From Octopus bimaculoides (taxonomy: Eukaryota): 64,000 nucleotides of DNA. Below the pieces are notes generated by a model, which was not told the DNA's origin, searched no databases, and saw only the letters and a program-made list of their open reading frames with translations. Made by a program: the position numbers and the translations under genes. Below, piece after piece: positions 1-13,044 of this stretch (positions are counted from its first letter, which is position 1; every line of letters starts with the position of its first letter). The DNA lies in NCBI RefSeq assembly GCF_001194135.2, contig NC_068981.1, forward strand, positions 135,752,681 to 135,816,680, in the 5' to 3' direction.

Positions 1-114
1 TATATGGTACAGTAGAACGAAGAATATATGCGTGCATATATTTAAACAGTTGAACTCGAAGTTGATAAAGCTATAAGTAATGGCGAGTAAATATTAGGTT
101 AAAAAACCTTTGAA

Positions 115-1377
115 CAGGATGCGTAAGGTATTTGAGGACATACATTTTATGGGGCATTGCTGCATTTTTTGCTAACTCTGTATATAATCTTTGTGTCAGA
201 AAATAATAATGACAGAACCTCAGCTTACAGAAGAAATGAAGAAACATGCTGTTATTGTGGTTATAAAGGCTGAGCTTAAAGATTTAGAAATACCTCGCTT
301 TTTAAAAGTTGCCAGATCTTTCGTCTACAGAGTTTGTAAGGAGCTAGAAACTGAAGATGGAAACGTATCACCAATATCAAAGCATAAAAAGCATTCTAAA
401 CGCTCTGAAATCATCAGTCACCTGAATTTATCCAGTAATTTCAACAGACTATTGATTACAATCCCAGAAAATCCATGAGGTCAATTGCAAAAGATCTCCA
501 TGCGTCAGAAGAAACAGTCAGAAATGTTGTCCACGAAGACATCAGATATAAGACTTATATGATGAGAAAAGGTCAATTTGTCAGAAAAAGCAAAAAATGA
601 AAGAATAACTACATCAGATCTAAAAGGCTCTAACATAAATTGAAAAGTCCAGCAGAAGACGATTTGATTTGGGTTTTCTCAAACGAGCAAAACTTCGACC
701 AAGATCAAAAAGTTAACAGAAGAAATGACAGCTGGCTGGTTATGTGTAGATCCTTCTGAAGTTCCAAGTGTTATGCATACAAAATTTCCTGCAACTGTCA
801 TGGTTTTAGGGGTTGTCAGCAATGAAGGACATATGATACCTCCTTACTTCCTTCCTTCCAGAAGGCCTTAGAGTTAACTCTCTCGCCTACATCGAGGTCC
901 TGGAAATAATTGTTAAGCCCTGGGTAGACAGTGTATGCAATGGAAGACCATATGTGTTTCAGTAAGACTATGCACTATCGCACATGGCTCTACTAATACA
1001 AAAATGAATGGCTGAAAATTTTCATGATCACATAACTCCTAACATTTGGCCTCCTAATTCTCCAGATCTCAATCCATTGGACTATTACATGCGGAGCGTT
1101 GTTGAGAGAGAAGTCAATGGATACGCCCATAACACCAAAGATTCTTTGAAATTTGTTATAGTCAGAGTAATGTCCACTTGATTCAAGCATGTAGATGATT
1201 TAGATCTCATATAGAAGCAGTTGCTGAAGCTGAAGGTGGCTTTATTGAATAACATTATAGGAAAGAAGGTTTATTTTTAACCTCATAGCATTTTTTGATA
1301 ACTAAGGTTATCTGTTATTATATATCTGTTTTTTTTTTCTAAACATAAATATGTCCTCAAACATATTACGCACCCTG
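115..1377 (+). mobile_element. Tc1/mariner DNA transposon, DD37D (maT-like), degenerate near full-length copy
   Basis: Imperfect TIRs CAGGATGCGTAAGGTATTTGAGGACA (115) and TGTCCTCAAACATATTACGCACCCTG (to 1377) with TA on the right. Broken transposase contains SNEQNFDQDQKVNRRND, VMVLGVVSNEG and WPPNSPDLNPLDY, with 37 residues between the second and third D. It has stops and frameshifts. Confidence 0.85.
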
Positions 1378-1993
1378 TATATATATATGTGTGTGTGTGT
1401 GTGCATGTGTGTGTGTGTATGTGAGTGTGTATGTGTGTGTGTGTGTGTGTATGTGTGTGTGTGTGTTACTCTGGCTTAAAGATACTCCCTTGTAACGCTC
1501 ACTCACTCTAAATCAGGAATGCTGAAAGCCATTGCGTTCCTGATAGTTGCTGGAAACCTCTGATCAACGACGCCATTGTTGTCATTTGGCAATATAATAA
1601 ATAAATAAATAAATAAATAATGACTAGAAAGCAAATAAATAAATAACTAAATAAATAAAATGGATGTAAATAAATAAACAGGAAGTAGAAGATTTAAAGT
1701 ATGAGACAGAAAGATATAGAGTAAGCGTAAAGATACACTATGAATGTGTTCATAAGTACTAAAGAAGTTAACTTTTCAAAAGAGCAGCGTGGGAAACAAC
1801 GGGCTTCTAATATCATTATAAAACTTTAAAGGAATATTTTGATATTATCAGTAATCAATGTCTAAATCATTTACATAATACACGAAGATTAATTATGGCT
1901 TATTTTGAACGGATGAAGCATCGGATTAGTTTTCACATCTTTTCCATAGTACAGAAATCTGTTTCTTTTTTATTTTTTCCGTATTCATGTATC

Positions 1994-2310
<317 letters not shown>

Positions 2311-2859
2311 TGCGATAAAACAGAATCCACAGAGATTGGTGTTATTCTACGTCGATAAGATTTGCGTTAATTAATTAGTAAAATAGACAAAAAGAGCACA
2401 GTGAACTTGCCGTAAGATATTGGAATGTTTCAGGACTGCACGTGCTGGCAATCATTGGCATCTTGCCTACCGAACCAGACTACAAATATGCTTCATGTTG
2501 TGTTTACTCGAGTTCAATTAATTCACGAAGATTTGTAACGTTGCGTTAGAAGAGGAAGTGAAACATCCAAAGGTATGTATTTTTTAATGGGAAAGTGACC
2601 GAATGGAAAGTAAATTGAAGTGAACTCGGTCTTCATGTATGTGTGCTTTCAGGGTATGAACGCACAGGCACACATCTAAGAGCTTACGTTTGGTACAGTG
2701 CAGCGTCCACAACGAAAAGCGATTACTGAAGTCAGAGTATTACCTATTCAGCCTCCGAAGTCGGAAAGATTCAGAGAAGGCTTCTTGTAATGTATGTAAA
2801 ATAAGTGGAATCTTTATAAAAATAAATAAAACATATATACTTCATATGAGTTACAAATT

Positions 2860-3860
2860 TTCGCACAGGGTATTTCGGGGGAGTGGGATTAAGTCGATTA
2901 GATCGACCCCAGTGATCAACTGGTACTTAATTTATCGATCTCGAAAGGATGAAAGGAAGAGTCAACCTCGGAGGGATTTAAACTTAAATCATAAAGATGG
3001 ACGAAATGCCGCTAAGCTTTTTGTCCGGCGTGCTAACGATACTGCCCTCTCACCTCACTGTGTTAATGATAATATTGGTTTCAAATCTTGGTCAGTAATT
3101 TCCGGGGTGGGTTTAAGTCAATGACATCGACCCACGGTATTCGACTGGTACTTATTTAATGACTATGAAAGGAGGAAAAGAAAAGTCGACCGGCGTAATT
3201 TGAACTCCGAACCGAAAGGCAGACAACGCGCCGCTAAGCATTTTTCTCGGTGTGCCTAAGATTCTGACAACTCACCGCCTTGTGTATCCTTAATATTAAT
3301 TACAAGAGGTTTGTCTGTCTTTACGTTCTGAGTTCAAATTCCGCCGAGGTCGACTTTGGCTTTCATCTTTTCGGGGTTGATATGTTAAGTAGCAGTTGTG
3401 TGCTGGGGATCAATCGAATCGACTGGCTCCACTCCCCCAAAATTTCGGGCCTTGTGCCTAGAGTGGAAAAAAATATTAATTACAAGAGGTTCGTCTGTCT
3501 CTACGTTCTGGGTTCAAATTCCGCCGAGGTCGACTTTGGCTTTCATCTTTTCGGGGTTGATATGTTAAGTACCAGTTGCGTACTGGGGTCGATCTAATCG
3601 ACTGCCCTCCTCCCCCAAAATTTCGGGCCTTGTGCCTAGAGTAGAAAAGAATATTAATTACAAGAGGACGAAATGCTTAGTGTCATTTCTTCTGGCTTTA
3701 TGTTCTGAGTTCAAATTTTGCTGCCGTTGACTCTGCCTTTCAGTCTTTCGGGGCCAATAAAATAAGTATCAGTCGAACCCTCGGGTCGATGTATTCGTCT
3801 CATCCTCCCCTCAAAATGGCTCGCCGTACGCTAAAATCAGAAAGAATATTAATTAGAAGA
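2860..3860. mobile_element. cluster of tRNA-derived SINE family S1: two minus-strand copies, then three 5'-truncated plus-strand copies
   Basis: Family core GAGTTCAAATTCCGCCGAGGTCGACTTTG...CTGGGGTCGAT..ATCGACT and tail GGCCTTGTGCCTAGAGTAGAAA, recurring across the window. Confidence 0.85.
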
Positions 3861-4500
3861 GAACTTCTCTAGTCTTTCAACAGTTAGACATCAACTACAG
3901 AGTCATTATTAAGATCGCATGGCAGACGTGAATAGCATAGCTAAGGTCTCTTGATTAGAAAACCAGTCTTGATACATGGTCGACCTCATAACATTCTTAA
4001 TACAAGCTAAGACACTGAAGTCATTACTGTTAAGCAGTAAACGACTGGAAGTGCTATAATTACATTTGGCCAGAGTAAGTCAAGATGCTGCTCATTAAGT
4101 TTGTTTAACAATTCGATTGATGGAACTGGTGTTGGAGAAATATATGATTTATTATTGATTTGAAAAGGAATATTTCATCTTTGATGTCAATTGATATACC
4201 GATAATATTATTATAGAGATCACACATTAAATTACTTCTGTTTATATTCTATTTCAGAACAGTTCCAAATGCATCTACATAAATGATTAAAAGATAAAAA
4301 AAAAAGAAAAGAAAATAGAAAGGAGCCATGTTGAGTCGTCATGAATATCAGAAATGTCTTAATTCAATATGGAGTAAAATACTTCTAAATTTATTCTCGG
4401 CGATAGTATACACATACATACATACATACATACACGAACACACACATACATGCATACATACATACATACATACATACATACATACATACATACATAATAC

Positions 4501-5100
4501 TCTTTTATTCTTTTACTCGTTTCAGTCATTTGACTACGGCCATGCTGGAGTGCCGTCTTGAAGGGCATAGTTTTTTTAAATCCTAGCTTTTTAAATCTTA
4601 GTACTTATTCTATCGGCCTCTTTTGTTGAATCACATAAACACACCAACATCGGTTGTCAAGCGATGGTGGGGGGACAAACACAGACACAGAAATATATAC
4701 ATATATACGACAAGCTTCTTTCAGCTTCCGTCTACCAAATTCACTCACAAGGCTTTGGTCGGCCCAAGGCTATAGTAGAAGACACTTGGCCAAAGTGCCA
4801 GGCAGTGAGACTATGTACTTATATATATGGATATAAACAATTTGATTCCAATTCCGTATTACTTAAACTTTACGTAACACGGAATTTGAATCTGTTTTGA
4901 TGCATACATAAATGTGTTGAGTGCTCTTCTTTTATTTGTCCACTCACTCGTATTTGCTTACCAACCACGTGGTTCCGTGTTCAGTCATACTGCGTGGCAC
5001 TTTGGGCAAGTGTCTTCTACTATAGCCTCGGGCCGACCAAAACCTTGTGAGTAGATTTGGTTAACGGAAACTGAAAGAAGCCCGTCGTGTGTGTGTATAT
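4501..5100. mobile_element. SINE family S2 (internal microsatellite): minus-strand copy 4501-4815 and partial plus-strand copy 4950-5100
   Basis: Matches the full copy at 10977-11385 (CTATAGCCTCGGGCCGACCAAAGCCTTGTGAG; GTCAAATGACTGAAAC end). Confidence 0.8.
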
Positions 5101-5569
5101 ATATATATATATATNNNNNNNNNNNNNNNNNNNNNNNNNNNNNNNNNNNNNNNNNNNNNNNNNNNNNNNNNNNNNNNNNNNNNNNNNNNNNNNNNNNNNN
5201 NNNNNNNNNNNNNNNNNNTATAAGGAGCAAAATTACTGGAGAATCAGTATACACGTGGAAAAATTACAAGTTGAAAATATGTGGAAAACATAAAAAGTGG
5301 AAGAGAAATGCCTTCGTTTCACATAGTTTAATATCTTTTTATAAATTTTTTTTTTTATATCTATACATATTTTATGGATGTCGTGATATCCAACCGGTTT
5401 TCGCTATTTAAATTATCTTTTCAAGGGACATTGTGAAGTAATCATTTCTTGTGACAAAGGAGTCTAGCCATTTTGGATACTTGAAAAGTAAGAATGAGTC
5501 TAGAGAGTGGGCAAAGTGAGGCAGCAGGTGGAAAGGGGACAACTAATTCCTCAGTATAATTGTTGAAAT

Positions 5570-6500
5570 AGGAATGTGTAAGGATCAGGTGGTCAAGTTT
5601 GTATATTAAGGTGTGGTCTGTACTTTTGTATGAACAGGTTTTCCTCGTTTAGGCGTTCTTGTAAGGAGATTGAATCTTTGCATTGGTATAATGGAAAAAT
5701 ATGGAAATTCGGTGCTTTATTTCTTGCGTATCTGTCAATATGTTCGCTCAGGGCTATCTGCCTGTATTGAAGAAAACGTATCTGTTCTTTATGCAGCGTA
5801 ATTCTGCGTCTTAAAGTAGGGCTCGTTTGGCCCACATAATTGTGGCCACATCCTGAGCAGGTTAGGACAGAGATAAAGGTTCTGAGAAGCACATGTGAAG
5901 TTGGTCTTAATTGAAATTTTTTCTCCTTGCTGGAATGTGAATTCCGAGCCTTCAGTTAGGTATGGGCAAGTACCACAACTGTTGGTATCGTATGTGTTGA
6001 GTATAGTTTTGCATTTGTAAGGAGTCTCTTAAGTGATTTGCGTTGTCTTTTGCATTTGAGGATTTAATGTGTATTCAGAATGTTGTTCATTTTCGGGTCT
6101 TGAGTGAGCAGAGGGAGATTTTGTACAATTGTGTTGTATGCTTCATTGTTTCTGGGGTTATGGGTTGATATGTATGGGAGTGATTTAAAGTGAGGTGTGG
6201 TGTTTTGTTTTGTTGTCCTTAGTGTGTTTGTGTCCAGTTTCTTGGTACCTTTAATTCCATGGTCTCTAAGTGCGGGTGGTTATTGACGTCCAGTGAGTAT
6301 TATTTTGAGGTCTTGTAGGCGAAGTTCCCGAGTAGTCCTGTCAGATAGAATTGTACAGATCTTTTTTGCAAGATTGAATGGGATATCTATTTTGGTGTGT
6401 TTAGGATAGCATGAACTGAAAACGAGATACTGTTTTGAGTCTGTTAGTTTGTAGTAGATGTCAGTTGCAATTTGGTTGTTGGATTTTTTTATAATCAAAA
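5570..6500 (-). mobile_element. Penelope-like retroelement 3' part: RT thumb, linker and GIY-YIG endonuclease, pseudogenised
   Basis: ATDIYYKLTDSKQYLVFSSCYPKHTKIDIPFNLA (PLE thumb), SCGTCPYL linker and VLTCSGCGHNYVGQT..LRRRITLH...ERLNEENLFIQKYRPHLN (GIY-YIG), with frameshifts. Confidence 0.85.
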
Positions 6501-6589
6501 TGTCCAGAAATAAAAGAATAAAAGAATATGTGTGTGTGCGCGCGTGCGCGTATATAAATATAAGTGTATAGATGAATGTATGTATTAGG

Positions 6590-6848
6590 TTCGCATGTGT
6601 GTATGTGTGTGTGTGTCTGTCTCTCTCTGTCTGTCTGTCTCACTCTCTCTGTCTCTCTGTCTCTGTGTGTGTCTCTCTCTCAGGCTGTCTGTCTTCTCTC
6701 TCCCTCTTTCTCTCCCCTATCTCTCTCCTATCTCCCTCTACCCCTCTTTTCTTCTCTCTTTCGCTCCCTCTCTCTGTTTTTCTTTCATTTTTCTTTCTTT
6801 CTCTCTCCCCTCCTTCCCTCTCTCCTCCCTCCCTCTCTTTCTCTCCCC

Positions 6849-6908
<60 letters not shown>

Positions 6909-7115
6909 TCATTCTCCCTATCTCTCTCTCCTCTCTCTCTGTGTCGCTCTCTTTCTCTCTCTTTCTCATTCTCCCTCTCCCTCTGTCTGTCTGTCTGTCT
7001 CTCTCTCTCTCCCTCTCTGTCTTTCTTGTCTTTCTCTCTCCCTCTCTGTCTCTCTCACCCTCTCGGTCTCTCTCTCTTTCTATGTCTTTCTCTCCCCACT
7101 CTCTCTCTCTCTAGA
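6590..7115. repeat. polypyrimidine (TC)n/(TTTC)n low-complexity tract
   Basis: Seen directly. Confidence 0.95.
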
Positions 7116-7250
7116 TTTATTTGCATCGTTTTTTTTTTATCTTCGTCATGGAACTTTTTCATTTCCTATCTCTTAGTAAATTCTGTCGGTTTCTCAATAT
7201 TTTCAGGAACAGCTTTTAATTTCACTAAGAAAACTGTCTATTTTTTTCAG

Positions 7251-7630
7251 TAGGCGCATGTATGTGTGGTTATGGAACTCACTTTGCAACCACGTGTTTT
7301 GGGGTTCAGTCCCACCACGTGACATCTTTGGCAAGTGTCTTCTACTATAGTCCTGGACCGACCAATATATTTTGGGTGAATTTGGTAGTCAGTCGTATAT
7401 GCATGTATGTATGTATGTATGTATGTATGTATGTATGTATGTATGGGCTTGTCCCATCTCCATCACCTGACAACAGGTGTCGGTTTTTTTTATGTCCCCG
7501 TAACTTAATTGATCAACAAAAGAGATCGATAGAATAAGTATCGGACTTTGAAAAATAAGTACTGGGGTCGATTTGTTTGACTAAATCCTTCAAAGCGGTG
7601 TCCCAGCATGGCCGGAGTCCAATGACTTTC
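7251..7630 (+). mobile_element. SINE S2 copy with internal (TATG)n
   Basis: Head GGTTCAGTCCCAC, body and end match 10977-11385. Confidence 0.8.
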
Positions 7631-8534
7631 ACTTTAATCATAGCATTCCTAACTCGAAGTGAATCACAATTATACTATAATATTTTACGTGTGGCCTTTC
7701 TGATTGAACTGGGTTGCAGGAGTTACGCGTGTATGAAAAAATTTATTGTAATGCAAAGAGAATATTCTCATTGATTTTCATGCTATAAAACTGATAATGC
7801 ATTTCGATGGATATTTTCGTAAAAAAATAACCCATCATCCCGCACAAAAAAACCCTCAAAAAACAAGCAACCCGACCACATTTATGACTTTTTATGCTTC
7901 AAAATATCAATTTCTGAACATAGAGTACAATAAGTATAAATAAAAGCGTTTGAAGTGAAATACATTATGGAATAAATACGAATTGTAATATTGTAGTAGG
8001 ACACGAATACAAAAGCTGCTGAGCACAATGTAAGGGATGGTGGCGATGGAATGACTGTTACTGGGTGGATGAAGGACACTATCTTCTATCTTGTACTTCA
8101 TCATCATCTGCTTCATAGGCGAAGAACTTATCTAAAATTATTTGATGTTTATGGCCCACCATCTCTTTATACAACGACGTCTACTAACTGAAGTTTTTGA
8201 AACTCCTCTTAAAATTTTCGTTACATATACATACGTCACACATATCACTTTTTGGTTTGACTTCATTATTACAACTAACACGAGTCGTTGCCAGTACAAA
8301 CTACCCGGTCTTGCATCCATATATCCGTGTGTACGCGTGTATGTATTTGCGTGCACGTGCAGTTCTGGGTGTGTCGGGTGGGTGGGTTGTGCATATGTGA
8401 GCGTGGAGTTTTTGTGCTTCTGTTTGTCTCTTACCACTGACGACAGGTGTTGGTTTGTGTACGTCCCTGCAACTTAGAAGTTTGGGGCTGGACGAACACA
8501 TTTTGAAACATGTATAAGAAAGGAAAATGAAATA

Positions 8535-8596
8535 CACACACACACACACACATATATGCATACATACATACATACATACATACATACATACATGCG

Positions 8597-8631
<35 letters not shown>

Positions 8632-8632
8632 G

Positions 8633-8673
<41 letters not shown>

Positions 8674-8917
8674 TTATACTTCTTTTAGTCATTTAATTGT
8701 GGCCATGCTGGAGCACCGGTTTGAAGGGTTTAGTCGAGCAAATCGCCTCCAGCTCTTGACTTTTAGGCTTAGTACTCATCCTATCGGTCTTTTTTGCCGA
8801 ATTGCTATTTACGGGAACTTAAACAAACCAACACCGGTTGTCAAGCAGTGGTAGGAGACAAAGACAGCACAAATACGGAAACACAGACGCACACACACAT
8901 ACACACACACACACACA
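8535..8917 (-). mobile_element. (CA)/(CATA)/(TATC) microsatellite followed by SINE S2 minus-strand fragment running into a gap
   Basis: GTGGCCATGCTGGAGCACC...CAACACCGGTTGTCAAGC matches S2. Confidence 0.75.
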
Positions 8918-9620
8918 NNNNNNNNNNNNNNNNNNNNNNNNNNNNNNNNNNNNNNNNNNNNNNNNNNNNNNNNNNNNNNNNNNNNNNNNNNNNNNNNNNN
9001 NNNNNNNNNNNNNNNNNNNNNNNNNNNNNNNNNNNNNNNNNNNNNNNNNNNNNNNNNNNNNNNNNNNNNNNNNNNNNNNNNNNNNNNNNNNNNNNNNNNN
9101 NNNNNNNNNNNNNNNNNNNNNNNNNNNNNNNNNNNNNNNNNNNNNNNNNNNNNNNNNNNNNNNNNNNNNNNNNNNNNNNNNNNNNNNNNNNNNNNNNNNN
9201 NNNNNNNNNNNNNNNNNNNNNNNNNNNNNNNNNNNNNNNNNNNNNNNNNNNNNNNNNNNNNNNNNNNNNNNNNNNNNNNNNNNNNNNNNNNNNNNNNNNN
9301 NNNNNNNNNNNNNNNNNNNNNNNNNNNNNNNNNNNNNNNNNNNNNNNNNNNNNNNNNNNNNNNNNNNNNNNNNNNNNNNNNNNNNNNNNNNNNNNNNNNN
9401 NNNNNNNNNNNNNNNNNNNNNNNNNNNNNNNNNNNNNNNNNNNNNNNNNNNNNNNNNNNNNNNNNNNNNNNNNNNNNNNNNNNNNNNNNNNNNNNNNNNN
9501 NNNNNNNNNNNNNNNNNNNNNNNNNNNNNNNNNNNNNNNNNNNNNNNNNNNNNNNNNNNNNNNNNNNNNNNNNNNNNNNNNNNNNNNNNNNNNNNNNNNN
9601 NNNNNNNNNNNNNNNNNNNN

Positions 9621-9652
<32 letters not shown>

Positions 9653-10744
9653 CAAGCCAGGCAAGTAAAGGTGAATAAAAATACATTTGATATATTTGTG
9701 CGCATCAAGCAAGCTATACAATGATGCAAGCAGGCATATATAATTGCTTTCCTGAATGCAGTCCTAAGTTTGTTTTTGTTGAATGCCCATAATAATTTAT
9801 AGCGGGGAAACAAGACCAAGATAATAAGAAGGAATTGAAGAGAAACATTACTGGTAGAATGTAACGATATGTTTGCTCATGTCGTGGATTCTATTTAACG
9901 AGCCGTTAATGCATTATAACAGACATGAGCCAATGAGCGACGTTCTTACAGTTTGGGGGTTATCATTCTCTAACTTATTCAGATATTTGTATGCAATATT
10001 TGTCGTTGAATCTCACTGTTTAATGGCAGCCATAGCACAATACTCGTAAAGCAAATACACAACAACAGAGTAGACAGTGATATGATTCTAATGGGAAATA
10101 ACTCAATGGTGAAGCAATGTGCGTCGGTATTATATAATTGGACAACCGGAATATTTCTATGAGCTGCATCCTTGTTAATGTCGTTTATTATTGTTTTATA
10201 GATACGTTCAGCTGTTGCTGCTTTGTATATTTCTCATTTATTATTTTCCCCAGATCAATATAACAATCAGTGGTAATTATTTGTAATTTGGTATTGGGAG
10301 GTGCACCAATTCTGCAATATTTTTCTATGGGGAAATTCTATGTATTCTATCAATACAGCACCAGACTTTACTTGGTAAAGAATCAGCGCTTGTCATACTG
10401 TCACCGATAATAACCATTCTTATTTCAAATAAAACAAACGTCCTCTTATCCGGTACTCAAAATACCGGGACTGCGAAGCAACCGGCACCGAGAACAAAAT
10501 GTATTGTTAATTAGACTCTAGAGAATTTGTGTTAATTTGTGTGAATTAATTAATTGTCATTAAAAGAAAGAAAATTTGTGCTGCATAGCTCACTGCTTCT
10601 CAAAGTACTATATAGTATTTTATTTTACTGCATTTACGGTACTTGTATTCTTTTGGGGTTAATAAAACTTGTACTTTAATTATACTTTTATTTCTTCCAA
10701 TTTCTCTCATTTCTACTACATTTAGAATATTAATGATAATCTTA

Positions 10745-10950
10745 ATATCACATTTTGGTGCAATGCCAGCAGTTTCGGGGAAGGGGCTAAGTCGACGCCA
10801 GGGTTCAATTTGTACTTATTTTGTCAACTCTGAAAGGTTGAAAGGCAAAGTCGACCTCAGTGGAATTCGAACTCAGAACATGCAGACAAACGAAATGCCG
10901 CTCAGCATTTTGCCCAGCGCAGTAACGATTCTGCCAGCACGCCGCCTTGT
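10745..10950 (-). mobile_element. SINE S1
   Basis: GAAAGGCAAAGTCGACCTCAGTGGAATTCGAACTCAGAAC core. Confidence 0.8.
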
Positions 10951-10976
10951 ATTAATGATAAAATTGGTTTTCAAAT

Positions 10977-11385
10977 AGGCGCAGGAGTGGCTGTGTGGCA
11001 AGTAGCTTGCTTACCAACTACATGGTTCTGGGTTCAGTCCCACTGCGTGGCATCTTGGGAAAGTGTTTTCTACTATAGTCTCGGGCCGACCAAAGCCTTG
11101 TGAGTAGATTTGGTAGACGGAAACTGAAAGAAGCCCATCGTATATATGTATTTATATATATATGTATGTGTGTGTATATGTTTGTGTGTCTGTGTTTGTC
11201 CACCACCCCAACATCACTTGGCAACCGATGCCGGTGTGTTTACGTCCCCGTAATTAGCGGTTCGGCAAAAGAGACCGATAGAATAAGTACTAGGCTTACA
11301 AAGAATAAGTCCTATAGTCGATTTGCTCGACTAAAGGCGGTGCTCCAGCATGGCCGCAGTCAAATGACTGAAACAAGTAGAAGAG
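10977..11385 (+). mobile_element. SINE S2, full-length
   Basis: tRNA-like head GGCGCAGGAGTGGCTGTGTGG...GGTTCAGTCCC, internal (TA/TG)n, end GCAGTCAAATGACTGAAACAAGTAGAAG. Confidence 0.85.
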
Positions 11386-12010
11386 TAAATTTTGGCACAA
11401 GGCCAGAAAGTTCGGGAAAGGGGAAGTCGAATACATTGATCCCAGTGCTCAACTGGTACGCATTTTATCGACCACAAAAAGATTAAAAGCAAAGTCGATG
11501 TCGGTGGAATTTGAACCCAGAACGTGCAAACGGACGAAATGCATGTACGCATTTTGGCCAGCGTGCCAACGATTCTGCCAACATGCTGCCTTGTATTAAT
11601 GATAATACTGAAGTATATTTTTTATCTTTTATTTGTTTCAGTCATTACACTGAGGCCATGCTGGGGCATCGCCTCGAAGATTCTTTTTTAGTCGAGTGAA
11701 TCGAACCCACTACTTATTTTTTAAAAGCCTAGTACTTGTTTTATCGATTCTTTTGCCGAATTGCTAACGTACGGCGACGAAAACATACCAACACCGGTTG
11801 TCAAGCGGTGGTGGGGGAAGCACACGCACACACACACACACACACACATATACACAACGGGCCTTCAGTTTCTGTCTACCAAATGTACTCACAAGGCTTT
11901 GGTCGGCCCGAGGCTATGGTAGAAGACTCTGATTCAGCATGTCACGCAGTGGGACTGAACCCGGAACCATATGGTTGGGAAGCTAACTTCTCTACCACAC
12001 AGCCACGCCT
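11386..12010 (-). mobile_element. SINE S1 (11386-11590) and SINE S2 (11620-12010), both minus strand
   Basis: Similarity to other copies in the window. Confidence 0.8.
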
Positions 12011-12464
12011 ATACAGAGTTTTAATGAATTTTGTAAAGGTGTTTTAAAGATTTAAAAAGTGATGATCAGATATCCGGAAAATTCTGTTATCCGGCAATAC
12101 TCTGGTTCTAGAAGAGCATACTGTAATGACAACATGAAAGGTATAACATCTAGCTGTAGGAGCTTATTGTTCTTTTGTTTGGTTTTAGGGTTAATTTTAA
12201 TTCTGCCCACGAAAGAGAACACAACAGGGCAATTTGGATCATCCATCCAATTAAAAGCAAACTTCTTCCTACATTTCAGTGTCTATTCTCTGGTCATTTA
12301 ACACCGCTCCTGATCTCCTCTGGGTCTTCACTTCTATTATCTCTTCGCATGTGATCCCCTCAATCAAAAATGAGATGAGTGGATGTCCCTGGGAGTGTAG
12401 GTGATAATTTTTCAGGTGGCGGTCAATGTGACGTCAGAAAATTGAGGTATTTTACCGATACATA

Positions 12465-12750
12465 ACCACCACCACCGCCTCCGCCGACAACAACAACAAC
12501 AACAACAACAACACGACCTTTACTACCACCTCCACCTATACTATCATCACTATAGCCACCACTACCAACAAGATTACCACCACCATTACCTCCATCACCA
12601 ACACCACCAGCCTTACAGCTATCATCACTTCAGTCACTGCCACCACCCTCGACCCCAACATAATCCACCAACATCAACAAGACCACCAAAACCACCACCT
12701 CCACCACCAATATTAACAACTCACACAACAACAACGACAAGAGCAGCAGC

Positions 12751-12782
<32 letters not shown>

Positions 12783-12785
12783 CGT
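12465..12785. repeat. degenerate (CAA)/(CAC) trinucleotide low-complexity tract
   Basis: Seen directly. Confidence 0.9.
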
Positions 12786-13044
12786 ATCAAGTAAAAGCTT
12801 TTGCGATCCTGATGTAAACTAAAATTGTGATTGTAATTAACTCACCATCCGGCATTAAATGTGTTTCCATTAATTGTATGTTTATTTATATGTTTATTCT
12901 GATTATTGTCCAAAAACTGTTTTCTTTTAGACGATTTATTTAAAACACAAACAAGACAAAAAGAAAGACCTGCAGACAGTTACTAATTAGTACGGAACCG
13001 ATATCGAAAATACTATGGAGATAAATGCTGACGTGCGATAATGG

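Noticed and set aside
2440-2660. Possible promoter and first exon (ATTGGC, GGAAGTG, donor AAAG|GTATGT at about 2573, acceptor-like TTTCAG at about 2651)
   Set aside because: Short motifs are expected by chance; no linked coding exon is identifiable without RNA data.
5370-5430. Hammerhead-like remnant after the Penelope GIY-YIG ORF (minus strand TTGAAAA..GAAA-ACCGGT)
   Set aside because: The core differs from CUGANGA and the stems do not pair convincingly.
8794-9819. Long ORFs in the supplied track (also 19393-20136, 41254-41764, 46795-47658, 47754-48062, 4985-5411)
   Set aside because: They are open only because they cross N gaps.
12050-12420. Moderately GC-rich stretch with short ORFs on both strands before the CAA/CAC tract
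   Set aside because: No recognisable domain or consistent splice signals.
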